From a virus: a stretch of 64,000 nt of DNA. Of the stretch, positions 18,582 through 27,639 are shown piece after piece. Both the position numbers and the translations under genes were made by a program. The stretch covers positions 30,224 to 94,223 of IMG/VR virus record IMGVR_UViG_3300031949_000004; one strand, written 5' to 3'. The notes under the pieces were generated by a model that saw nothing but the letters and a program-made list of their open reading frames with translations, was not told the origin of the DNA and ran no database searches. Positions within the stretch are counted from its first letter, which is position 1, and each line of letters starts with the position of its first letter.

Positions 18582-19727
18582 ATGAACTTCACGGGAAAGT
18601 ACGCGTCGTGCGAGGTCATGATCGATGATATCGATCAAAGCGCGGTCCAGCAGATCTACGGGTTCTTGAACTGCGAGGTGTTCGCCGGCTCCCAGATCCG
18701 AATCATGCCTGACGTGCATGCCGGCATCGGCTCGGTGATCGGCTTCACCGCCACGTTGGGGGAGAAGATCATCCCGAACGTGGTCGGGGTGGACATCGGC
18801 TGCGGCATCGCGAGCTACTGCCTGGGGCGAGGCATGCCGCTCGACTTCGATGCTCTGGACAAGCACGTTCGCAAGAGTGTGCCGAGCGGGTTTTCCGTTC
18901 ATGTCGCCCGGCCGAAGTTTCTCGGTCTGGCGGATGATCTGCTTTCGCAGGCGGCGCGCGTGGCCCACGAGACGGAGCAGGACGAGGCACGCGTGCTCCG
19001 GTCGCTCGGTACCCTGGGAGGCGGCAACCACTTCATCGAGTTGGGCAAGGACGAAAACCGGGATGCTTGGCTCACCATCCACACGGGCTCGCGCAACTTC
19101 GGGCTCAAGGTGGCCGAGTATCACCAGCGCAAGGCGAGCCGTATGCCTGGTAAGGGCGATGTGCTGGCATACCTCGAAGGCGAGGAGGCCGCGCTTTACT
19201 ACGAGCACATGAAGGTCGCCCAGGAGTACGCGAGGATGAACCGTGTGCTCATCGCCAGGGCGCTCATCTCCTTCTTCATGCCCGAGGCTTGGGACGCGTG
19301 GGAGAAGACGTGGGAGGAGAGGGAGCTGGATGTCGTGGAGAGCATCCACAACTACATCGACTTCGAGGATCGGATCATCCGCAAGGGCGCCATCTCCGCG
19401 CACGAGGGGCAGCGGGTGGTGATCCCCTGGAACATGCGCGATGGGCTCATCATCGGCCGGGGCAAGGGCAACGCTAACTGGAACTGGTCGGCGCCGCATG
19501 GGGCAGGGCGGGTCATGTCGCGGGGGGCGGCTCGCAAGAAGCTCGATGTCGCGGACTTTGCGAAAACCATGGAAGGGATCTGGACCTCGTGTGTGGGCAA
19601 GGCAACGCTCGACGAGGCACCCATGGTTTACAAGGATCCGAATACCATCGAGCAGGCCATCGGTGACACGGTTGATGTCGAGCTGACCGTCAAGCCGCTC
19701 TACAACTTCAAGGCGAGCGACCAGTGA
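18582..19727 (+). CDS. rtcB: RNA-splicing ligase RtcB
   Basis: Motifs MPDVHAGIGSVIGF, VGVDIGCGI, GGGNHFIEL and SAPHGAGR are RtcB metal-binding and His-GMP signatures. Confidence 0.85.
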   Translation: MNFTGKYASCEVMIDDIDQSAVQQIYGFLNCEVFAGSQIRIMPDVHAGIGSVIGFTATLGEKIIPNVVGVDIGCGIASYCLGRGMPLDFDALDKHVRKSVPSGFSVHVARPKFLGLADDLLSQAARVAHETEQDEARVLRSLGTLGGGNHFIELGKDENRDAWLTIHTGSRNFGLKVAEYHQRKASRMPGKGDVLAYLEGEEAALYYEHMKVAQEYARMNRVLIARALISFFMPEAWDAWEKTWEERELDVVESIHNYIDFEDRIIRKGAISAHEGQRVVIPWNMRDGLIIGRGKGNANWNWSAPHGAGRVMSRGAARKKLDVADFAKTMEGIWTSCVGKATLDEAPMVYKDPNTIEQAIGDTVDVELTVKPLYNFKASDQ

Positions 19728-20071
19728 CGGGTGAGATGTTGACACCCGAGGAAATTCTGAAGTGGCTCGATGAGGCACTGCAAGCCGATGTTTGTTTGCA
19801 GGTACAGATTGGTCCGCGCATGGTGATAACAGGATCCATTCATGTTTCAGCGCGTTCGGGATGCAAGCCGGAGATCTGTTCGACATATCCGACCGTGGGT
19901 GCTGGGATAGTGGATGTACTGGCCGCTCTGGATAAGCAGAGATGCGTGAAGCCCCTGCCCGAAGATGATGCCGAAAAGTGTCCTGAGTGTGGAGCCCCCG
20001 TTCGCGCGAAAGAGCTGAGTGAAGGTGGTGGTGTGGTTTGTACACGTTGTACCTGGTGGTTTTGTTACTAG
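19724..20071 (+). CDS. hypothetical protein with C-terminal zinc ribbon
   Basis: 115-aa ORF with CPECG...CTRC. Overlaps the rtcB stop. Confidence 0.35.
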   Translation: MTGEMLTPEEILKWLDEALQADVCLQVQIGPRMVITGSIHVSARSGCKPEICSTYPTVGAGIVDVLAALDKQRCVKPLPEDDAEKCPECGAPVRAKELSEGGGVVCTRCTWWFCY

Positions 20072-20079
20072 GAGATCGT

Positions 20080-20217
20080 CATGATTGACGGAAAAACCAT
20101 TGCCGATTTGCGTATCCGCTTGCTCACGATGAGGGTGGCGGAGGCCAAGAAGAAGGACATGCGCTCCGGGAAGTGCGACCTCAAGCCGCTCTACAACTTC
20201 AAGGCGAGCGATCAGTG
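20080..20217 (+). repeat. recombination junction / chimeric 45-aa ORF (5' copy of the gene at 21468 fused to a 3' copy of rtcB)
   Basis: 20080-20177 is about 85% identical to 21468-21565 (MIDGKTIADLRIRLLTMRV...). 20178-20217 duplicates the rtcB 3' end at 19687-19727 (KPLYNFKASDQ*). Confidence 0.6.
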
Positions 20218-21225
20218 AAGGATCTGAAAGAATTGTTCGGGCGTTGTGGAGCGGGGATTCTGATCCTGCTCGTGAAGGTGGGATTCAAGCTCATGGCTAC
20301 CTTGGTCAAGATGACCAAGGCTCTGAAGGTTGGAAAAGTCGGGCTCGCAACGGTTTCGTTCGCCAGTTACGCGTACATCTTCACCTGGAAGTTTGCGTTG
20401 GTGCTGATGGGATCGATTTTCATTCACGAGTGTGGGCATGTTTGGGCTATGCGGCGTTGCGGAATGCCGACGAAAGGGGTTTATTTTATTCCCTTTCTGG
20501 GGGCGGCAGCCGTAAGTAGCGAGGGCGCCTTCAAGACCCGAGCGACTGAGGTCTACGTGGCCTTATGGGGACCGGCGGTCGGGATGTTGCTGGCCGTGCT
20601 GGTTGGCTTCTGCTACTTCCTTCATCCCGATCCTGTGCTGGCAGCCGTGGCAAGTTGGATGGCGATGATCAACCTGTTCAACCTGTTGCCGATCAGCCCG
20701 CTTGACGGCGGGCGCGTCCTCAAGTCTCTCATGTTCTCCGTGAACCGGTTCCTCGGTTTGACTTGGTTGGCAGCGGGGATCTTGGTGGCATGCGTGTTGG
20801 CGACCAAAGCCAACCTTGGTCTCTTCACATTCCTGGCAGTCATCGGCTTCTTTGAGTTTGCAGGCGAGCTGTGGCGAAAATCCGAACGGATGCGTCGGTG
20901 GATTGCCAAGAAACGCGACGAACACGAGGAGAATCACAAACGCGCCATCTTCATTCTGAAATTTCCATGGGTGAGTCGGGAGGCGACTCCCGCTATATGG
21001 AAAATGGAACAACAAAATGCTAAAAACGCCGAGAAAGGCATGATTTGGTGCGACCGTAAGCTCGCTACCATGTCCGGCAACCAAGATGTTCCTTCACTGT
21101 CTGTGTTTGAGTTCGCAGTGACAGTGTTTTCGTTCTTAGGATTGGTTGTCATCCTGTGGGCATTGATGGTGTCCATGAAACACGTTCCCGGAGCCGAGGT
21201 TGCCTTGAAGTTGTTGGAAGGATGA
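20215..21225 (+). CDS. membrane metalloprotease, M50/site-2 protease-like
   Basis: HExxH as FIHECGHVWAMRRCG inside a hydrophobic helix, with multiple TM segments and a downstream LNLLPISPLDGGRV (LDG motif). The GTG start overlaps the upstream TGA. Confidence 0.5.
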   Translation: MKDLKELFGRCGAGILILLVKVGFKLMATLVKMTKALKVGKVGLATVSFASYAYIFTWKFALVLMGSIFIHECGHVWAMRRCGMPTKGVYFIPFLGAAAVSSEGAFKTRATEVYVALWGPAVGMLLAVLVGFCYFLHPDPVLAAVASWMAMINLFNLLPISPLDGGRVLKSLMFSVNRFLGLTWLAAGILVACVLATKANLGLFTFLAVIGFFEFAGELWRKSERMRRWIAKKRDEHEENHKRAIFILKFPWVSREATPAIWKMEQQNAKNAEKGMIWCDRKLATMSGNQDVPSLSVFEFAVTVFSFLGLVVILWALMVSMKHVPGAEVALKLLEG

Positions 21226-21467
21226 GACAGTTGTAACGGAATCGAGAGATGGTGTTGATGTCACGATGCAATTGTGACGCGTTTTGTGACGAGCCTGTAT
21301 GCCCGGTTCATGGGCGACTACGCAGTGATACGGATGATGAGGTTGTCATGCGTAACGGGAAAACGTGTTGTTGGTACCATGCTACAGGAGGAGCGCATGA
21401 CAACTCCTGCGGTGGTGACGATGCTGCACTATCGGAACGGGGTATCATTCACTAAGGAGTGTTAACC

Positions 21468-21893
21468 ATGATTGACGGCAAGACCATTGCAGATCTCCGG
21501 ATCCGCTTGCTCACGATGCGGGTGACGGAGTCCAAGAAGAAGGACATGCGCGCCGGGACGCGTGACCTCTTCGTCGAGGCGCTGTTCCCCGCGACATCGA
21601 ATCGCGTGTTCTACGAGATCTTCTCGCCCGTGATCGGCGAGCTTCTGGCCATGGCCGATGGTTTCGGCAAGCTCCAGCGCGTGCGCGAGTTCTGCCGTGA
21701 TCTGCAAAACGGCGGCAAGGGCTTCGAGCACGGGCAGGGACTCGACCCGCGCCGGGCGTTCGATGCCCTGTGCTCGGACATCGAACGGATCTTCCAACAG
21801 TTCGAGGAGCTGGAAACCATTGCGAAGGAAACTACCATCGCTCGCGTCGACGATGATGCCCCTTCGCCGGTTGCAAAGGATCGGCAGCCATGA
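21468..21893 (+). CDS. hypothetical protein
   Basis: 141-aa ORF. Its 5' 100 nt is duplicated at 20080. Confidence 0.4.
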   Translation: MIDGKTIADLRIRLLTMRVTESKKKDMRAGTRDLFVEALFPATSNRVFYEIFSPVIGELLAMADGFGKLQRVREFCRDLQNGGKGFEHGQGLDPRRAFDALCSDIERIFQQFEELETIAKETTIARVDDDAPSPVAKDRQP

Positions 21894-22081
21894 GGCCCGT
21901 CCCAAAATCCATCAACGAGAAAATCGTGCGAGGTTTTCTTGCACAAGAGATCTCCGCGCAGGAAGCCATCATCGACAAGGTTCCGGTCTTCGGGAAACGT
22001 TATTGCGATGCGGTCGACAAGATCGAAGACCTGGAAGATGTTATGGAAGCTTTGAGCGAGACGCCGCGCCGAGTGAGGTGA
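21890..22081 (+). CDS. hypothetical protein
   Basis: 63-aa ORF. Confidence 0.25.
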   Translation: MRPVPKSINEKIVRGFLAQEISAQEAIIDKVPVFGKRYCDAVDKIEDLEDVMEALSETPRRVR

Positions 22082-22085
22082 ATTC

Positions 22086-22721
22086 ATGGGCATGTTGAAC
22101 GACTGTCGTGACGATGGGGAGCGTGTGATCTATGCCGATGAGTACGGGGCCATGGAGGGGCGTCCCGAAGCGGTGCGAGAGAAGCACGCCATGACCTGCG
22201 TCGAGATCTACCGGAGCGAGATGCAGAGTCTCGCGCACATGCCGCTTGTCGAGCGGCAAGCCATGGCCAAGCAAGCCGTAGATCGCGAGCGTGAGATGCG
22301 GCTCGGGTTGTTCCGGTCGCAAATGGGCCGGGGACGGCCGCCCAAGGTTTCCAGGGGACCAAAGCTTTCCGAGGAGGCCCTGGCCAAAGGTCCGAAGGTT
22401 GTGCCGCCAGATGAATGGGTGCCCGATGGTCTACCCCAGAATGTCGCGAGCTTGCGCGAGAGCATCCTTGCGTGGGCGTGCAAGGCCGACAAGATCAATG
22501 CTGATGACTTCCACGCTCCCCAGAATGTGGTAGCTCGCAGGCTGGCCGCGCTGGCGTGCGTGTTCGTGGTGAAAAACCGGCGCTTGGCTGCGGAGATTTT
22601 GGATCTCTCGCGTTCGTCGGTAGGGGCCATGTGTACCCGCGCACATCCCGAGGACATCGTAGTGGCGAGTGAATTTGCCGCAGGGCTCAAGGCAATCTGG
22701 GCGAAATCGACAGATCCTTGA
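22086..22721 (+). CDS. hypothetical protein
   Basis: 211-aa ORF. Confidence 0.35.
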   Translation: MGMLNDCRDDGERVIYADEYGAMEGRPEAVREKHAMTCVEIYRSEMQSLAHMPLVERQAMAKQAVDREREMRLGLFRSQMGRGRPPKVSRGPKLSEEALAKGPKVVPPDEWVPDGLPQNVASLRESILAWACKADKINADDFHAPQNVVARRLAALACVFVVKNRRLAAEILDLSRSSVGAMCTRAHPEDIVVASEFAAGLKAIWAKSTDP

Positions 22722-23140
22722 TTTTGCTAGCTAACGATGCCAGTGTGGCGAACATGCCCACGAAACGCAAGATTTTGAAACGTTCTCATTCGCGGCGGCT
22801 CGGGGAGCCGTCGCTCCGGTTGACCCTGGGGCAAACGATCCACGAATTGCGCGAGCGGAAGGGTTTGTCGTTGCGGGCCCTGGCTAAGCTGGTCGGCGTG
22901 TCCGCACCATTTTTGTGCGATGTCGAGAAAGATCGTCGAAAGGTCAGATCGCTCGATGCGTTGGCCAAGGCGCTCGATGTGTCGCCCGAGAAGCTGTGTG
23001 TGCTCGACAACCGGGTCACAGCCGATCTGAAAGCCTGGATCGAGAAGAACCCCGAGGTGCTCGCCGTGTTGCGCCAGATGTACACGCAAGGCTACCAGGA
23101 CGTGCCCTTTCTCATGAAAAGGCGGCGAGGTGTCAGATGA
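22718..23140 (+). CDS. XRE-family helix-turn-helix transcriptional regulator
   Basis: TIHELRERKGLSLRALAKLVGVSAPFLCDVEKDRR is a canonical HTH_XRE. Confidence 0.55.
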   Translation: MILLANDASVANMPTKRKILKRSHSRRLGEPSLRLTLGQTIHELRERKGLSLRALAKLVGVSAPFLCDVEKDRRKVRSLDALAKALDVSPEKLCVLDNRVTADLKAWIEKNPEVLAVLRQMYTQGYQDVPFLMKRRRGVR

Positions 23141-23388
23141 AAAAAGTGGAGCTGTTGGTACAGGCGTCCGGGTACATTATCGTCGAAGTGCCCGACGACG
23201 CGTGGGGCAAGTTAGAGCCTTTGCCGATGCCGCTTCCTTTGGATCGCCTACCGGCGGGCGTTGTGTGTGAACCGGGAGACTTGGTCAACAATCTGGAGTT
23301 CACGGTCTTGGATTACAACGTTTTCGACGATCCGGATGACGATGATGATGGCGACGGTGAAGGTGACGAGGAGGCAAGCGAGACATGA
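23138..23388 (+). CDS. hypothetical acidic protein
   Basis: C-terminal poly-Asp/Glu tract DDPDDDDDGDGEGDEE. Confidence 0.3.
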
Positions 23389-24044
23389 AGAAGAGCGCGC
23401 GAGCCGCAAAGCCGGCTCCCAAAGCCGAGGCGTCCAGGCCCATACCGCCCGTTGCCGATATCGAGGCGATCCGTGCTCGGTACCAGCAGCATCTCGATGA
23501 CTGTGCCTGGGCGGCTGTGTGCGGCGCCGGCATGCTGGAGAACATGGTCCAGATACGCAGCGTCTACGTCAAGAACCTCATCGCCGAGGCTCCGTGGATC
23601 TGCGATTTCGCGGACAAGCCCTTGGCCAAGCGAGATCTCTTGCTCGAACAAGGTCTTGAGCATGCCGTGCGGATGTTTGGCGCGGCAGAGCTGGCGGCCA
23701 ATAACTTGCACGAAAATCTGAGGATTTTTCGTGTCTACATCGATCAGCTCGATAAGGCGTACAGAGAGATCGAAGCTGCCAATGGCATTTCAGCCTTCAA
23801 GGCGATTCGACAAACCGCGCGTCAGTTTGATCGAGAACGGCATCCCAGCAAGGCCGATCTGTGGGAATACGTTCTCAAGTATTGGGAGACTATCAATCCG
23901 ACGGTGGTTCGGATAGCGAGGTGGAGGTTGTGGCCAGACGACAAGGAAGAGTCGTTCATGTTCGACGAAAAGGAGCAGGTCTGGCGGCACGCGGTGTCCG
24001 GTTCGGAGATCCGAATTGGTTCGTCGTTCGCCATAGCGAAGTAG
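23385..24044 (+). CDS. hypothetical protein
   Basis: 219-aa ORF. Confidence 0.35.
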   Translation: MKKSARAAKPAPKAEASRPIPPVADIEAIRARYQQHLDDCAWAAVCGAGMLENMVQIRSVYVKNLIAEAPWICDFADKPLAKRDLLLEQGLEHAVRMFGAAELAANNLHENLRIFRVYIDQLDKAYREIEAANGISAFKAIRQTARQFDRERHPSKADLWEYVLKYWETINPTVVRIARWRLWPDDKEESFMFDEKEQVWRHAVSGSEIRIGSSFAIAK

Positions 24045-24061
24045 GGCGCGGGGGCAAACGG

Positions 24062-24388
24062 ATGGTCAAGTACGAGCTGCACCTGTACACGGGCGAGCAT
24101 TGGTTGGAGACGAGGATCCGACCGGGCAAGGGCAATGCGCCCGGAAGGATCATCGCCATCACCTGGGCAGCGGAGGTGGCTCCTCGGATGATCGGAGAAG
24201 GTGTGACCCAGGCGGTCTTGCGAGTCGTGACCGCGAATCACAACAAGCCGATCTGGAATCTCACGGACTTCATCAAGGCGGCCGGGGAGATTTGCACGTG
24301 CTCCCAGCGGCTTCGTGCGTGTGGTGTTCACAGCAGCGAGTGTCCGATTGGAAGCCTTTCAGCCTATGACATCTGGAGCCAGCGATGA
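24062..24388 (+). CDS. hypothetical protein
   Basis: 108-aa ORF with a GGGGG RBS. Confidence 0.3.
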   Translation: MVKYELHLYTGEHWLETRIRPGKGNAPGRIIAITWAAEVAPRMIGEGVTQAVLRVVTANHNKPIWNLTDFIKAAGEICTCSQRLRACGVHSSECPIGSLSAYDIWSQR

Positions 24389-24603
24389 AGGTCACGTTCA
24401 CCATCACGGCCGAGGGCACGATCACTGCCGAGATACCGGACGACCGTTTCACCGAGTTCATGACGTTCGTCGAAGATCATGAGGCGCGCGGTCCCCTGGA
24501 TCCGAGCGACCTGCCGGACTTTTGTGGGATCGACATGGCCGACTTGCCGAATCAGATGAAGTGGGAAATTGACGACATCTGGTGGAAAGACCAAGGAAAA
24601 TGA
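24385..24603 (+). CDS. hypothetical protein
   Basis: 72-aa ORF. Confidence 0.3.
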   Translation: MKVTFTITAEGTITAEIPDDRFTEFMTFVEDHEARGPLDPSDLPDFCGIDMADLPNQMKWEIDDIWWKDQGK

Positions 24604-25754
24604 GCGAGCTGGTAGCCATCACCGACCTGCACCTGGGCGACAGGGATCCCGAAAACGGCTCCGTGCTCACCTCGCCCAAGGTGCGGCAGACCTTTGCTAA
24701 CGTGCTCGGCGAGCTGGTGGGGTGGACCATCGACACCCTCGTCATCACCGGAGATCTGTTCGAGGTGTGCGTGCCTTCGCGTACAGTGAAGCAAGATCTC
24801 CTGCATGAGACAACTTGCTTCGGGCTCTACAACAGCACGGTTGAGGACGCGGGAGCGTTCTTCGCCGAGCTGGGTAAGGTTATCGACATCAACCAGCTTG
24901 TCTGGGTACCGGGCAACCACGACTTTGTCTTGTATCGCCGTATCTGCGGCAACGGCAGCCTGGTTCGTCCGCGTAAGCTGCGCGAGGACGCGATCTGGCG
25001 GCAAGATGCCGAGCTGGCAAGGCTCTTTGGCTCCGAGATCTCGAATATCGTCGCCTCGTTCCCGAATTACGTTCGTGAATGCTCGGCTGGCTGGCCTTTG
25101 GCGATCTTCACGCACGGCCATCTTTTCGACAACCAGGTGCTCAAGCCCACTGCCGGCTTTCTCAAAGCCCTGGGCCTTACTTTGGAGACAGGGCACCTAT
25201 GGGATCCAATCCCGGAGAACATCGACACGGATGGCGGCTCGTGGACCAAGAAGCTGGTCGAGCTGACGAACCATCGCGTGTTCGAGATCTGGCCGCAGAA
25301 CTTGAACCTGGTCGCGGAGGCTGTCTACGACTACGTGCTACGCAGGAACACGAGGGTCTTTTGCGCCGACAGGCCCGAAAAGCCCATGGTAAGGCTCATC
25401 AAGCAGGCATTCGAGAAGATCAATCCGTCGAGTAGTCTCCGAGGACGTCTCGGTTGGTATCTGGACAACACCTTAGTCGACATCGCTCCGGTTGTGCCGC
25501 TTGGAGGCGACAAACTGCTACTTGGGAGCGACAAACCACCCTTGCATTCGTTCTTCGTGTGTGGGCACACGCATGATCCGGGCGCCTGGTTGCATGAATC
25601 GTTTGATGGTTTGACCTTCGAGATCTATGATCTGGGCGGCTGGACCATGGATGCTGCTAAGAATCGCGACAACGTGCCGCACACGCATGCGATCGTGTGG
25701 AACCACTTTCCAGGTGCGCCGTATTGTTATGCGCTCAATGTGGGGAAGCCGTGA
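24600..25754 (+). CDS. calcineurin-like metallophosphoesterase
   Basis: ITDLHLGDRD, ITGDLFE, VWVPGNHDF, FTHGHLFD and VCGHTHDPG appear in order. Confidence 0.6.
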   Translation: MSELVAITDLHLGDRDPENGSVLTSPKVRQTFANVLGELVGWTIDTLVITGDLFEVCVPSRTVKQDLLHETTCFGLYNSTVEDAGAFFAELGKVIDINQLVWVPGNHDFVLYRRICGNGSLVRPRKLREDAIWRQDAELARLFGSEISNIVASFPNYVRECSAGWPLAIFTHGHLFDNQVLKPTAGFLKALGLTLETGHLWDPIPENIDTDGGSWTKKLVELTNHRVFEIWPQNLNLVAEAVYDYVLRRNTRVFCADRPEKPMVRLIKQAFEKINPSSSLRGRLGWYLDNTLVDIAPVVPLGGDKLLLGSDKPPLHSFFVCGHTHDPGAWLHESFDGLTFEIYDLGGWTMDAAKNRDNVPHTHAIVWNHFPGAPYCYALNVGKP

Positions 25755-26068
25755 CGAAGTTGTTCGATACCGTTGCCATTGCCCTCAAGCGCAAGCGTCT
25801 GGTGCCAGCCACCAAACGCATCCAGCACGCGAACGGGCAAGTCACCTTCGTCTGGCACGTCGACGACAACGATGATCGTTTTGTGTCGATGACGGATTCG
25901 GCGAAGAGCGAGAGCGTCTTGCTGATTACGAGGGATTGCATGTCGGTGGAGGCGAAGATCTCCCGCGACCGGGTATACATTATCGACAAGGTTGTTTCAG
26001 ATCTGAACAAGCTTGGGGGCGGAGATGGGCGGGTGCTCAAGGCTGGCGCGAGCGAAAGGAGATCTTGA
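25751..26068 (+). CDS. hypothetical protein
   Basis: ORF with a GTG start. Confidence 0.25.
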   Translation: MTKLFDTVAIALKRKRLVPATKRIQHANGQVTFVWHVDDNDDRFVSMTDSAKSESVLLITRDCMSVEAKISRDRVYIIDKVVSDLNKLGGGDGRVLKAGASERRS

Positions 26069-26382
26069 TGTTCCTGGTGCGCGCGTTCCTGGAATTTGAC
26101 GTGTTCCTCCTGGTTTTCTTGACCTGGGAGGTTGCCGTGCCGATCTTACGTGGACGGCCCCGGTTTCCCATCTGTCGATGGATCGGGCGCCGGCTGCTGC
26201 GTCTGGCTCCCAAGTCCACGACCACCGAGACCTTGCTTGAATCTTCGACACGTCGCATGCGCGAGGCGAAGGTGCGTCTGGACGCCGCGAAGACTGATCT
26301 GCTTGCTGCCGAAACAGAGCAAAAAGCTCTGGAGATGGAAGAGGCGACGAACGAACTGAGAGAAAAAGGAGGAGACCGATGA
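26068..26382 (+). CDS. small membrane/coiled-coil protein
   Basis: N-terminal hydrophobic segment and an AKVRLDAAKTDLLAAETEQKALEMEE coiled coil. Confidence 0.3.
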   Translation: MFLVRAFLEFDVFLLVFLTWEVAVPILRGRPRFPICRWIGRRLLRLAPKSTTTETLLESSTRRMREAKVRLDAAKTDLLAAETEQKALEMEEATNELREKGGDR

Positions 26383-27626
26383 GTCACGAGACCACCCCCC
26401 GCAAGACGAGTTCTGGTTGGACCGTTACCAAAGTGATCGCCCTAGTCGCCGTGCTTGCCACGGCAATTGTTCTCGTTTCCATGATCCGAGGCGTCTTCGA
26501 GACGGTCGATGCCGGCGAGATCGTCGTTAAGCAAGGCTTCTTCTCGGGCGAGCTGACGTTCTGGAAGGATCCTGGCCCGAAGCTCCAGATGTGGGGCAAA
26601 TGTACCCACTACAAGAAGTCGTCGCAATACTGGTTTTCCAGCCGAAACGATCAGGGTACGCAGGTCGACCAGTCCATCCAGCTTCGCTTCAACGACGGTG
26701 GTCACGGCAAGCTTTCGGGCAGCGTGCGCTACAACCTGCCGTCCGACGATACCAGTATGAAGCTTCTGCACGAGCGATACGGCTCCCAGGAGGCCATCGA
26801 CCAGTCGCTCATTCGCACGACCTTCGAAAAAGCGGTCTACATGTCCGGCTCGCTCATGTCGAGCACGGAGTCTTTCGCGGCGAGGCGCAACGAGCTTCTG
26901 GGGCTCATCGAAGATCAGGCCGAGCGGGGCGTCTACAAGTCGTCCTCGTCTTGCGAGCGGCAGATGGATCCCGTCACCAAGTCCGAGAAGACCGTGTGCG
27001 TGGTCAAGCTGGAGCACGATGACAAGGGTCAGATTGCACGCGTAGAAGCCTCCCCGCTCGCCGCCTACCACATCACCTTGACCAACTTCTCGATCAACGA
27101 GCTGTCCTACGACAAGGAAGTGAGCAATCAGATTCAGGCGCAGCAGTCCGCCATCGCGGCCATCCAGACTTCGGCCGCGCAAGCTCGGCAAGCCGAGCAG
27201 GGCGCCATCACGGCGGCCGAGAACGGCAAGGCGCTGGCGGCGACGGCGAAGTGGAAACAGGAGGTCATCAAGGCCGAGAAGGTGACCGAGGCCGAGCAGC
27301 AAAAGGAAGTGGCGAGGTTGGCCAAGGAAGCCGCCGAGTACAAGAAAGCCGAGCAGATCTTGTTGGGCGAGGGCGAAGCTGCACGTAAGAAGGCTGTCAT
27401 GATCGCCGATGGCGCACTTGAAAAGAAGCTGGCCGCGCTCATCGAGATTAACGGCAAGTACGCCGAGGCGTTCGGCAAGCAGTCGCTCGTGCCCGAGATT
27501 GTCATGGGCAGCAGCGGTGGCGGAAACGCTGCCTCGAATGCGGTTTCGCTGGTGGACATGATGACGGTCAACACGGCCAAGCAGCTCGGGCTTTCGTTGC
27601 GCGTTCCTGGAGTGCCGGGCAAGTAG
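26379..27626 (+). CDS. membrane-anchored SPFH/band-7-like protein with Ala/Glu/Lys-rich coiled-coil tail
   Basis: N-terminal TM helix VIALVAVLATAIVLVSMI, then a beta-rich domain, then an A/E/K-rich helical region of about 120 aa (QAEQGAITAAENGKALAATAKWKQEVIKAEKVTEAEQQKEVARLAKEAAEYKKAEQ). Confidence 0.4.
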   Translation: MSHETTPRKTSSGWTVTKVIALVAVLATAIVLVSMIRGVFETVDAGEIVVKQGFFSGELTFWKDPGPKLQMWGKCTHYKKSSQYWFSSRNDQGTQVDQSIQLRFNDGGHGKLSGSVRYNLPSDDTSMKLLHERYGSQEAIDQSLIRTTFEKAVYMSGSLMSSTESFAARRNELLGLIEDQAERGVYKSSSSCERQMDPVTKSEKTVCVVKLEHDDKGQIARVEASPLAAYHITLTNFSINELSYDKEVSNQIQAQQSAIAAIQTSAAQARQAEQGAITAAENGKALAATAKWKQEVIKAEKVTEAEQQKEVARLAKEAAEYKKAEQILLGEGEAARKKAVMIADGALEKKLAALIEINGKYAEAFGKQSLVPEIVMGSSGGGNAASNAVSLVDMMTVNTAKQLGLSLRVPGVPGK

Positions 27627-27639
27627 CGAAGGGGTTGCC

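Noticed and set aside
18546-20045. 499-aa ORF on the minus strand, antisense to rtcB
   Set aside because: It overlaps RtcB entirely. RtcB has unambiguous catalytic motifs, and long antisense ORFs are expected in 60% GC DNA. The ORF has no motifs.
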